Source: Octopus sinensis (lineage: Eukaryota). From it: a stretch of DNA of 64,000 nucleotides. The number at the start of each line of letters is the position of its first letter. Positions within the stretch are counted from its first letter, which is position 1. The stretch lies in the NCBI RefSeq assembly GCF_006345805.1, contig NC_043005.1, forward strand, positions 11,904,001 through 11,968,000, in the 5' to 3' direction. A program made the translations under genes and the position numbers. The notes under the pieces were generated by a model, which saw only the letters and a list, made by a program, of their open reading frames with translations, did no database searches and had not been told where the DNA came from. Shown here piece after piece: positions 39,050 to 50,439 of this stretch.

Positions 39050-42000
39050 TCATATTCGGTAATAAAACCCGAACTGAAACAAGGACTTTATCAGAGTGGA
39101 GAATAAATAAAGGAGAAGAGAGAAAGAAAAAAAAGGTAAAGTTGAATAAGGATTTAATCATAGCATTTTGTGTGTTTCTTTCGGCTGTTAAGTAAAACAC
39201 AAAAACAAAATAGCAATTGTTGGATTAATCTTTTGTACTGTGGTTTTGGGGATAGGATGGATAAATAAAAAAATTAATAGTGGGATACGCCAATAGGTTT
39301 CAGTTGGAGAAGTGGTGTAGATACAATAAGATTTTATAATAATCATAATAATTTATAATAGTTATGTTTGTACTACTAATTAATAGTATTAAACACAATA
39401 AAGTGCTAATCGGGTAAATACAATTTATCTATTTACTAATAGGTGGTTAAGCCCTTCCAGCTGTTGTCCGAAGTGAGATAGGCTAAGGTCCAACGTTCGA
39501 TGTAATTGGTCAGTTGAAGCTTAAAAACAAAAGACCGGCTACTGAGACCGTTGTACCGGCTAAGATAGATAAATAAATGAATACGAAGTTGGTGTATGTT
39601 GTAAGGGGTCCTAAAACCCTTAGAGTAGTAAATACTAGGTTTAAGAAATAATATTATGGAATAAATGTTAAGAGAGGAATCTATTGGGACACTTAGGAAG
39701 TAAGGCGGTTAGGACTGGAAATTACGAAAAAGTTTGTTAATATGAATGCGAAATTAGTCAAAACAATGAAACTAATTAATATTGTAGGAAAGCTACTGAA
39801 ATGTTTCTGCTTTAAGGGAGGTAATAACTAGGGTAAGTGGCCAAAATTAATGACTGATGGTTGCAGTAGACTCAAAATATTTAGTTAATAGCCTAACAGC
39901 TAATTTTCTAGCTAATTGATTAAATGATCTTAGAATCAGTCAGCCTGGTAACCAATTAAATAAGGAAAAGTAATTAATTTAATTTTAATTTACTTTAATT
40001 TAATTTTGTTGGCTCAAACATCAAAAGCAAGGCCATGTAGGGGGACATGGAGTTATGTACAGGGAGGGTGTTCATACAAAGAGTATGCTTACTTATGCTT
40101 ATTGAATAAAAACTCGTTCGAAGAGAGAAAAGAAATTCTTTTACTAATGCTCTTTACAAGAGCCTTTTTTATCGATTGTGGATGATTGCTGAGAGAACGT
40201 ATACATTTTAAGTTAGAGTTTGGTTTCATGCAGTCCCTTCTGTTTTCTATATGTATGTGTATATATATTATATATATAAATACATACACACATACACACA
40301 AACGCATACATATATATATAGAATTTAGAGAAAACCGCTATATAGTTATTCCATCAATAGCGTAAAGATATTATCTATATTAACCACATAGAGATTAATT
40401 TTAATATATTAAAATTATTATTCTTAAAAACTCATAAGAAATCAAACCTTAAATTGACTACGCACGATTCATGACTAAATATATAAATCGATGATATTAA
40501 AATTTAATTTTTAAAAATTAGAAATTCAATATTAATTCAATTTAAAAATATTTAGCCACTCTTCGGTCAAACAAATAACAAATAAATTTAGATATTATAA
40601 TAAAAGAATAAATATATAAATATGTGTATATTAACAGTAAATAATTCAATAAAATTTAAGAATATTAATGTAAAGCAAAGCATGACTTATCTTAATAATG
40701 AAAACCATTTAAAAGAAATTTTAAACTTTAAACTTACAATCTAGCTTTGTAAAAAGACCTATCTTGTAAAACGTGACGTAAACAATAAAGATAAATAAAT
40801 AAATAGATATGTGCATTTAACGATAAAAATAAAATGATCAAAAAGACATGACGTAATATACCATTTACGGGAGGAAATTCTCAATAATTTAAAACTACGG
40901 CATTATATGCAAAAATATAAAATTAATTGAATGTCCATAAATCAATATATATTCTTCAATTACTTTTATTAATCCCTTGGTTTAAACTTATTCCTAGTTA
41001 AGTTTAAACACTACATAACCGACAACTAATTTATACTCATTATAATACTACATAATATATCTACATAAATTAATAAATTAATAACATAAATCCGGTTATA
41101 TATATTCACAAATTATCTAAACTTATTATATGAGTAATTCGACTTATGTTTACATATAATTTTCCTCTCATCTTGGGAATTAATCATTTTTAGATCGTAA
41201 TATCCCCATAAATTCATTGGAACATAATAAACAAAAATTATTATCTATTCTATAAGATTTAGCTTTACAAGCTATCTCCCATTTTAAATTATATTTAATT
41301 CCTTTAGATTTTAATTCCCATATATATTTGCTAAGGCCAGTAGAATTAATCAATGTTATATTCTTAAATGAATGCCTGTGTTGGGCCACCATTAATTTTA
41401 TTAGACGTCGATCCCACATAAAACGCATTTATATTATAACTACTCCTATTAACATTACCATCTATCAGAGTCGCTACATTTATATACTATATCAGCCAAG
41501 TTACATTTAATTTTAAATTTACAATTCGTCTTATCTCTACACGTACAATTAAAAAATTCTGGTCATTAGTATTATTGGAATTATTCTATAAAATTTTTAA
41601 TATAAACTTATTCAGCATAAAGCTATTAAAAGATGAAATAATGTTAGCAACATTATTAGTAGTAGAATAACCAACTCCAAAATTATTACTAGAAAAAATA
41701 TTATTATATTTTTTTATTATCTACAATGAATAATTCAATTAGTTTTAATATCTCTTTAATAATGTTTGTTTGAACTTGAACGCTATAAGGGATAATTAAC
41801 CAAATTGTATTCTTATTGTTAACATTACTTTTATTTATTATATTATTATATTTCTTATTATAATTAGCCACATTAAATCTTACTCTTTTATTTTATTTAT
41901 TTTTTGTATTATCATGATACCTATTATTGAAACCATAATTAACTGAACAAAACTTATCATAATTATTAATATCAGGCTTATTATTATAAACAACATAAGA

Positions 42001-42110
42001 ATCATTTATATTATTATTCTTTATATTATTATTATCATTAAATCTACAATTATTAAAGAATTTAATACTTCTATTATATCCCGCCTCCTTCAAGGCTTCA
42101 TTATGATAAA
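39050..42110 (-). mobile_element. Penelope-like element, Naiad-like, heavily decayed (C-terminal half; 3' extent uncertain)
   Basis: Minus frames: KEAGY; TIWLIIPYSVQVQTNI (IIWFNPPYS-like); NIFSSNNFGVGYSTTNN; CTCRDKTNCKFKIKC (CxCx5Cx5C, 41503-41547); FYVGST; HRHSF..NSTGLSKYIWELK..WEI..CLLC (GIY-YIG C-terminus). Assignment of 39050-41100 is inferred only. Confidence 0.75.
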
Positions 42111-42114
42111 ATAA

Positions 42115-42900
42115 ATGGTTTTGGAAAATCTCAAAATTAGAAGAAAGTGCCGAAATTTTTACGCTGGAAAGTCCAAGATCAGTCTAAATGCTTTCGGGCG
42201 TATGGAAGTATATGGTCTTATCCAATATTTCTAGATAAGACTTACTCTCCATAATGCCCATGACTCATGCTTTTTCCAGACATGCACCCCACACCATCAC
42301 ACTTCCACCACCGTGCTAAAGTATAGGTCGGATGCATTCTGCATGATATTCTTCGTCTATATTCCTTCTTATATACTTCCTGCCATCACTGCCGAACAAG
42401 CTGAATTTTGACTCGTCCGACCACAACACATTCCACCAATCTGATAATCTCCATTTCGAATGCTCTTTTGAGAACTGTATTTGGGACAGTCTTTTTTTTT
42501 ATAGAAATGCATGGCTTTTGCGAGAAAATCTTCCTAGAAGTTCAAATTGTTTGAAACGGTTTTTTATGGAGGACACTCCAATGGTAAGTCCATATTTTTG
42601 CCGAATTTCTCTTAAAATGTCAACAGCGGTTATTTTGGGTTTTTTTTTTTTTTTGGTGGGGATGTCTATGAATATGTTTATCCATTCTTGCCGTTGTTTT
42701 CCATGGTTGCCCAGGTCGAGAGGGGTCTTTATAACCATTACCTTATTTATAAAGATGGACAGCATTGTATAATACGTTGATGTTTCGCTGTAAAGTTGTA
42801 GACCATATTACAGTTCGAGAAATTTTCTTTATCTTGATACACATCTAAATCCACAATTTACAACCTGAATATACAACAAATGCTATTTAAACATTAGTAT
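42115..42900 (-). mobile_element. Tc1-family transposase pseudogene
   Basis: PKITAVDI..YGLTIGVSS..LLGRFSRK (HTH), then WWNVLWSDESKFSLFGSDG and HGGGSVMVWGCMS. Confidence 0.93.
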
Positions 42901-42950
42901 ACAAGCGTTCTTAAAGTAAATGATGCCAACATATTTATATATATATATAT

Positions 42951-43119
42951 TATATTAAATTAAAGATAAAACCACTATTAGGCAAATCATACAATGAAAA
43001 ACTTAAGCCAATAATTTTGTTATATATTTAAATAATATAAATTAAATAATCTTATGTATTGGCTTAAGTTTTTCATTGTATGATTTGCCTGATAGTGGTT
43101 TTATCTCTAATTTAATATA
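42951..43119. repeat. Foldback: ~60-65-bp inverted arms with 43-bp spacer, between (TA)n tracts
   Basis: attaaattaaagataaaaccactattaggcaaatcatacaatgaaaaacttaagccaata versus the reverse complement starting at 43057; 2 mismatches in 60. Confidence 0.95.
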
Positions 43120-43198
43120 ATATAATATTTTACTATAAAATTGGATTCAATCCTAAATCTGATTTTTCGCTGTAAGTTTGGATTTATTCCCCAATATT

Positions 43199-43263
<65 letters not shown>

Positions 43264-44150
43264 TTGAGTCATCCCATAAGTAATGCAGTTTCTTTCAATT
43301 ACATGAACTAATAGTCGGAGGGGGAAGGGATAAACTACCAGCAGCAGCTTGCTATGAAAGTAGGTAGAAATTTTCCCTTCAGCTTATTCTTAGTGCAATT
43401 CTTGAAAAGTGCAGTTCGATTTTAATAGCCTTTTTGCAAAGCTATAATGGAAGTGACAGAGGAGCACATTCGTCATATTTTGCTTTATGAATTCAGTAAA
43501 AGTAACAATGTAACGGAATGTGCAAGAGATGTCAATGCAGTATACGGGGATCGGACAATAAGCATAAGCCAGTGTCAACGGTGGTTCCAGAAGTTCCGAG
43601 CCAGAAACTACAGCCTTGAAGACGGGCCTCGACCCGGAAGACCTGTTGAGCTCGACGACGACATCCTGCAAACCCTGGTGGAACAAAATCCTATCGTAGC
43701 TGTTGAGGAACAAGCAAAGAATCTTGGATTTGGTCATTCAACCATTTATAAAAATCTGCGTGACATCGGAAAAGTCAGGAAATTGGGTCAATGTGTTCCT
43801 CGTTAACTTTCCGTGTGAATGTGTGCTCTTCTTTGTTGCCACATCTCCTGAATGAACCTTTTTTGCAGCGAATAGAGACTGGTGACGAGATATGGGTTCT
43901 CTATAAAAATGTCAAACCCCGACGACAATGGGTGGGGAAAAGAAATACATCGGCAGCCCAGGCTAAAGAAGGTCTTCACCGTCATAAAATGTTGTTGTCT
44001 GTTTGGTGGGATATGATAGGTTTAGTTTGCTTTTAACTTTTAAATTCAAATCAAACGATAACAGAGGAGAGCAGATTGAGTGGTTTAAGTCAGCGTTAGA
44101 TAAAAATGACCGTGATTGGTTTCAAGACGAAAGGTGTTCTTCCATCATGA

Positions 44151-44873
44151 GGATCTTTACCTTTTGACTGAGAGATTTAAAAAATAATTGTTTTTTACTA
44201 AACACTTTCAATCTTCGGATACTGGTAGAATGTGTCATATAAAACATCTTTTACTCTTACCGTTTTTGAGATAAACTTATATTTACGAAGTTATTTTACG
44301 TTAAAGTTGTCCTATTTTGGTAATTGCAACCAATCAATGATGTGTATTCAGTTGAATGAAATTACTGCCGTTATTTGTCAACAAGAACTTCCAGAGGTGT
44401 ATATTTCGTTTGTCACTACTATTTATCACAACCCAAAACCTAAAACTTAACCCTAAACTTAAAAACCTAACCCTAAAAACCTAACCCTAAAACCCTAGCC
44501 CTAAAACCCTAACCCTAACCCTAAAACCCTAGCCCTAACCCTAAAATCCTAACCCTAAAACCTTAAATCTAAAACCAGCACAAACGCACGTACGATGTCA
44601 TAAGTAACGGTGACAAACGAAAAATACATCGCCGATAGTTGTTGACAAACAACGGCAGTAATTTTATTCAGCTGAATACATGACGTTGATTGGTTGAAAT
44701 TACTGAAATAGGACAATTTTAACGTGAAATAACTTCGTAAATATAAGTTTTTTCTCAAAAATGCTAAGAGTAAAAGATGTTTTATATGACACATTCTACC
44801 AGTGTCCGAAGTCTGAAAGTGTGTAGTTGCAAAAAATAATTTTTAAAATCTGTCGGTCAAAAGGTAAAGTTCC
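44151..44873. mobile_element. Non-autonomous foldback DNA transposon (Merlin-like) with telomere-like core
   Basis: Termini GGATCTTTACC / GGTAAAGTTCC; ~280-bp inverted arms (44151-44431 and ~44596-44873); TSD catcatga (44143-44150) / catcttga (44874-44881). Confidence 0.9.
44432..44577. repeat. Interstitial telomere-like repeat (CCCTAA, CCCTAG, CCCTAAAA variants)
   Basis: aaccctaaaaccctagccctaaaaccctaaccctaaccctaaaaccctagccctaaccct... Confidence 0.95.
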
Positions 44874-45930
44874 CATCTTGATAATGCTTGGCTACATACA
44901 GCGTGGATGACGTTCCAAAGGCTGGAGCAGTTTCCGTGGGAAACGATGCCCCACCCACCATATTCGGCGGACATTACCCCATCTGATTATCATTTATTCT
45001 GCAGTCCTCAAAATCATTTAGACGGAAAAAATATGAATTCTGTAGACGATGTCAGAACAGTACTGGAGGAGTATTTTCCGTCACAGACAAGTGTCGAATA
45101 GGGGTCTTGCAAGTCTACCAGATAGATGGAAGAGCACTGTAGAAAATCAAAGAGAGTATAATTTAGATGAAATAAGAATTTGTTCACCTTATGAAAAACA
45201 AATGAAATATTAAAAAAAACGCATTATTTATGGGATGAACCAATATACAGATATGTAATATTTTGGACTAAAGTGTATATGTCGATTAGTTTGTTGAAGA
45301 TTTGAGTAGAGCACTTGCACGGTTTGGGCTACCTGGAATCATCCGCAGTTGGAATATATTTCCGTTGAATCTACTTCAGGAATTTCACAGTGATAGCTGA
45401 AATAATAATTGATTAATAGATTAAGTAATCAGAAGATGGATCTGGTATTGGTCTTTATTTTGTACGATCCCTCATGCTACTGTCCTTTATGAGTGGAAAT
45501 CTGTGCAACATGTTGTGTTGCATCCATTTTTCAATCTGTGTCACCTCACGTACTTCTTTACATAAAGTGTTGTCTCGCTAAAGACCTCGAATTTGGACGG
45601 TTATATTGTTATTTGCCCGTCGAATTAGGGAATGAAGCATAATTACACTTTCTATTAGTATTAATTTTCCATAAAAAAGTTGTAAATATTCTCGTATCTA
45701 AGTTCGATAAGCTGAAAAAGTTGTTTTATAGCTTACGGTAAGCAGCAGGGGTTACTGTATATACGAAAGAAATCCTGAATTGGGAAATCAAATAGATAAA
45801 ATCCAGGCTATATCTGTTTTAAAGCTAGCAGAATCTCGGAAATAGAAATTATCCGAACGAGGGATAATCTACTATATATGTGTGTGTGTGGATGTGTGCG
45901 CACATATATATATCAGTGAGAGTGTATGTA

Positions 45931-46316
45931 TCTATTAAATAAAATCTGTTCTGTCTGTCTGTGTGTGTGTCTTCTAGGATCTCGGGCATCCTCCATCTGA
46001 TTGCGCTCAAATTTGATATGTAGATACTGACGGTATTAGGGCGTGTATATGTCTTGAAAAAAATTACAAAAACTGATTCTAGGTGAGAATGCGATCGATA
46101 AAACTGTCGGAACGTACATTTGTACGCGCAAGTACATCACCTTTTTCGATCGATACTACGCGTACGGGAGAAAAATGCACGGTGTCTCAAGTTTAGGTTA
46201 AATCAGTGTTTCTCAAAGGGGAGGCTTATGGGCCAGCCGAACAAGTTGTTTTGAGAAAATTTGGTTTAAATGTTTGACAACTCAGCACCGTCCATTGGAC
46301 GGAGGGCGTTTTGCTC

Positions 46317-46317
<1 letters not shown>
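45931..46317 (+). mobile_element. Helitron-like element, family 3 (CTCG 3' end)
   Basis: A|TCTATTAAATAAAATC, a (TGTC)n run, a ccgtcc-att-ggacgg hairpin, 11 nt, then CTCG|T; second copy at 60317-60876. Confidence 0.8.
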
Positions 46318-46354
<37 letters not shown>

Positions 46355-46427
46355 AATGTGACCGCGTGTATACCGTTGGCGATTATTTTCATCCGTCTCC
46401 CCTTCTTTGGATCTTTCCTTTTCCTAT

Positions 46428-46462
46428 GTTTCTGACGAAGAGCTCCGCTCAAAACATTAAGC
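46428..46462 (+). ncRNA. Degenerate minimal type-I hammerhead ribozyme (PLE pLTR remnant)
   Basis: gttt-CTGACGA-a-gagc tcc gctc-AAA(for GAA)-acat(for acgt)-t-aagc; the two core or stem III changes are G>A at CpG sites. Confidence 0.6.
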
Positions 46463-47173
46463 CTTCCTTCTTTCCTGAGCGTCCAATAATATTATCCTTG
46501 TTCCTCGTCCTCGCGTTGTTGTGTTTTCTCTTTGTGTTTTCATGTTTAGATTAACTTTATATATATGTATATATACGTACATATGTATGTATTTGTGTAC
46601 ATGTGTGTGAGTGCAGGCGTGTGAAAGTGTGCATGTGTGTGTGTTAGTAGGTGTCTTCAAAACTGCATTTGATGACAACGAGATTTTTCAATGGTTTCAC
46701 ATTAGATATCATTATTACCAGCAGTTACTATTGTCTCAAATCTCTACTTGAAATATGATTCGATATTTACCATCCGTTTGTCTCGCTGTGGTTTAAAGTG
46801 CAACAACAGGCATCCCAACATACGCATCCATCCATCCATCTATCTAAACTACAAACCCGATCAAATTTAATTACACTTTTAGTCTACATACTTTTGTATT
46901 CAATTTACTTTTTAGTATTTTTTCCTAAAATCTAATTAGAATAAAAATTATTGCCTCAGATACAACACTCATTTATTATTTTTGTATTCCATCACTAACA
47001 TATTCTAAAATTTTATTTTATATTTTTGATTCGTTTTGTTATTAATACATCTTTATTATTTTATGGTTGCATTTTTTACTTTTTGTTTTACAAATTGCTA
47101 TTTTCTTGAAATTAATTCATTGCATAACATAACTTTTATATGGTTTCACGCCATGATCGATATGTATATATAT

Positions 47174-47204
<31 letters not shown>

Positions 47205-47281
47205 TCAAAATGTGACCGCGTGTATACCGTTGGCGATTATTTTCATCCGTCTCCCCTTCTTTGGATCTTTCCTTTTCCTAT

Positions 47282-47316
47282 GTTTCTGACGAAGAGCTCC
47301 GCTCAAAACATTAAGC
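47282..47316 (+). ncRNA. Second copy of the degenerate hammerhead
   Basis: Identical to 46428-46462. Confidence 0.6.
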
Positions 47317-48171
47317 CTTCCTTCTTTCCTGAGCGTCCATAATATTATCCTTGTTCCTCGTCCTCGCGTTGTTGTGTTTTCTCTTTGTGTTTTCATGTTT
47401 AGATTAACTTTATATATATGTATATATACGTACATATGTATGTATTTGTGTACATGTGTGTGAGTGCAGGCGTGTGAAAGTGTGCATGTGTGTGTGTTAG
47501 TAGGTGTCTTCAAAACTGCATTTGATGACAACGAGATTTTTCAATGGTTTCACATTAGATATCATTATTACCAGCAGTTACTATTGTCTCAAATCTCTAC
47601 TTGAAATATGATTCGATATTTACCATCCGTTTGTCTCGCTGTGGTTTAAAGTGCAACAACAGGCATCCCAACATACGCATCCATCTATCTAAACTACAAA
47701 CCCGATCAAATTTAATTACACTTTTAGTCTACATACTTTTGTATTCAATTTACTTTTTAGTATTTTTTCCTAAAATCTAATTAGAATAAAAATTATTGCC
47801 TCAGATACAACACTCATTTATTATTTTTGTATTCCATCACTAACATATTCTAAAATTTTATTTTATATTTTTGATTCGTTTTGTTATTAATACATCTTTA
47901 TTATTTTATGGTTGCATTTTTTACTTTTTGTTTTACAAATTGCTATTTTCTTGAAATTAATTCATTGCATAACATAACTTTTATATGGTTTCACGCCATG
48001 ATCGATATGTATATATATATATATATATATATACGTGTGTGTGTGTGTGTGTACAGTATTTTTATAAATATACTTGTTTATCAGCTATATATTTCAAGAT
48101 TATTCTTGCAATGTCTGTTGAAGCTTCATTTTGTTGGCTGCAGAAAATTCAATTATCTTACACACACACGC

Positions 48172-48274
<103 letters not shown>

Positions 48275-48514
48275 CGTATATATGCAATAAAGTTTTTTTT
48301 TATGAATAGGTTATAAAGACTAAGTTGATGGAAAAGCGCTAGCTGTCTAAAAACTATTTACATTAACTGTAACAGTCTCACAATGTCATTGTTTTTAGAA
48401 GTAGTGTGAGCTGGAGTGATATAGTGATATACCAGATCACTTATGATAAAAACCCTGCAATATATATATACGCAAATAATATATATACGCATAGAATATA
48501 AAATAAATGCGCTC

Positions 48515-48672
48515 TTTTTAAGCCTAGCCAGGCTCATGGGCCCGGTTTCCCGGTTTCAGTGGTGAATGTGTTACCCAGCTAGATGGGACGCCAGTCCATC
48601 GCAACGTTACTCACTTTTGACTGGATCAACGTGAAATGAAGTGTTTTGCTCAAGAACACAACGCGTCGCCCG
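48515..48672 (-). mobile_element. SINE-like fragment, family D
   Basis: ttttaagcctagccaggctcatgggcccggtttccc..gggacgccagtccatcgc..gtgaaatgaagtgttttgctcaagaacacaac resembles common SINE 3' tails. Confidence 0.6.
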
Positions 48673-49119
48673 TTGCATCAAATCTTTCTGTATAATACAA
48701 TAGTTGAGTTAGCTACAAAAATGGAGCAGGTGTAAGTAACTGAAATCGTTAATGGTGCGTTGTTCTATAAACAGTAATATTTGCTCTTCCACAGCGTTTC
48801 TGAAGGGTGTAAGTTAATTAGAAGCATAAATGAACTAATACACTACTTCAAATGAAACAAACGAGGAAGGGTTATGACGATGTTTAAGTAAAATACCGTA
48901 TTGGAAATTTTAGAAAAGGTCGGGAATTTTGAATGAATTCGTTTGATATAATTTGTATATTCTCGAAAATAAAAATTATCAGTGGTTTCGTAGATGTCAA
49001 AAAGCAATACGGTAAAACAGAAGGATTTGGTGACCCACATCAGTAACGTGAGCGTGTTTAAAAATCACAAGATAATGGAATTTTGTATTTCAAGTGTGGT
49101 AGCCTTATGATGAAAGGTA

Positions 49120-49351
49120 ATTGCGAGCTGGCAGAATCGTAAGCACGCCGGGTAAAATGCTTAGCAGTATTTTGTCTGCCGCTACGTTCTGAGTTCAAAT
49201 TCCGCCGAGGTCGACTTTGCCTTTCATCCCTTTGGGGTCGATTAAATAAATACCAGTTAAGCACTGGGGTCGATATAATCGACTTAATCCATTTGTCTCT
49301 CCTTGTTTGTCCTCTCTGAGTTTAGCCCCTTGTGGGTAGTAAAGAAATAGG
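49120..49351 (+). mobile_element. SINE family B, near consensus
   Basis: gcgagctggcagaatcg..ttctgagttcaaattccgccgaggtcgactttgcc..gtgggtagtaaagaaatagg. Confidence 0.92.
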
Positions 49352-49736
49352 TAATTACTACCTAATGAGGTGATAGTTATAAATATCTGGGTGTTTGGGA
49401 AGTTGCTGAAAGATTCTAACTGCACAAAATGAAGTAAGCAGAATAAGATATATTGGTATAGAAGATTATAGAATGTATGCTCTATGAGAAGAGACATTTG
49501 CGCACATAGTCTATGAATCTGAAGCAGTTGCCGAGAGAGTCTATTCAGAACCAGAGACATGGCAGAGCTGCTACAATCATAAATTAGCAAGTTTGTAAAA
49601 GTATGTGTTTGAACACATGAACAGATGACATGACAATGAATAATGCGTCTCAGGGAAATGACCTGTATTCCATTATACAATGTAATGTGAATCTTCAAAC
49701 AGATAAGTAGAGTCAACATTCACTCCTGGCTAATGT

Positions 49737-50401
49737 CGTTCTCTGTGAAGAGGAAAAGGTGGATTGCTTAATTGAATGCTTCGTGTTTGCTCGAATACAA
49801 GATTGGTATAATAATAAGTTTTAAAAATCGACAAGTACCAGAGCTCAGAATATGAATTTCGAGGAATCCGGAATTGCCATATCCAATTGTAATATTGCCT
49901 TAGAAAAAGTCGTAATAAGTTAGTTGAGGAATTTGCATATAGAAATGAATTTCCTAACTGCAGAAATCTCGTTAGCCTAGCACGACAAAAGCTATAAGAA
50001 AAGTAATCTACTGCATATTAACGCTTACAGGATGCTAACAGGATGCCACATCTAGCAATCTAACAAGTAGAGCAAAAACAGCAGCAAAGAATGCCGCTGT
50101 GAAATTTCCTCTAAATATTCGCGTGCAAAATAGAAATATGCTTCTATTCCTCCAATAACAACGCACCTTTTAAAAAACTGAAGAAAAATATTAGTCGTAT
50201 CCAATGTACACTAGCTCTCAAGAAAATACAAAAGAAACCTGATGTTATGTCAAAGTATAATTATAAGCCAATATAAAAGCCGTTCTCTGTGAAGAGGAAA
50301 AGGTGGATTGCTTAATTGAATGTTTCGTGTTTGCTCGAATACAAGATTGGTATAATAACAAGTTTTAAAAATCGACAAGTACCAGAGCTCAGAATATGAA
50401 T
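49737..50401. repeat. 121-bp direct repeat pair (49737-49857, 50281-50401) flanking 423 bp
   Basis: cgttctctgtgaagagg...cagaatatgaat twice, with 2 mismatches. Confidence 0.95.
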
Positions 50402-50439
50402 ATATATATATATAATTAACTGATAGTCACACAATGAAT

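Larger units (their letters stand above)
43264..45243 (+). mobile_element. Mariner element (D,D34D-type) with TIRs, pseudogenised and interrupted
   Basis: TIRs ttgagtcatcccataagtaatgc / gcattatttatgggatgaaccaa|TA. ORFs give MEVTEEHIRHILLYEF..QCQRWFQKFR..LEDGPRPGRP..CVPR, TGDEIW..LLSVWWD, HH/DNA, and HPPYSADITPSDYHLF. Confidence 0.95.
46349..48010. repeat. Near-identical tandem duplication, ~850-bp unit, bounded by (TA)n
   Basis: tcaaaatgtgaccgcg at 46351 and 47205; outside the TA tracts I see only a 1-bp and an 8-bp (ccatccat) indel. Confidence 0.96.

Noticed and set aside
39060-39095. ctgataaagtcc on the minus strand as a hammerhead 5' half
   Set aside because: G8 is mutated and there is no matching ggac-GAAA downstream.
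41180-41547. Selenocysteine-encoding Naiad
   Set aside because: The conserved Cys positions are TGT, not TGA, and no SECIS could be identified by eye.
39200-42100. Mitochondrial insertion (NUMT), suggested by AT-richness and hydrophobic frames
   Set aside because: No mitochondrial gene motif recognised; the right half carries clear PLE motifs.
44432-44577. True telomere or chromosome-fusion scar
   Set aside because: Short, single orientation, degenerate, and enclosed within a TSD-flanked foldback element.
43447-45101. Functional transposase or SETMAR-like host gene
   Set aside because: Stops, frameshifts and an insertion at the second catalytic motif; TIRs are present and there is no SET domain.
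45333-45396. 64-nt minus-strand exon with good splice signals
   Set aside because: Stop codons in all three frames and no other support.
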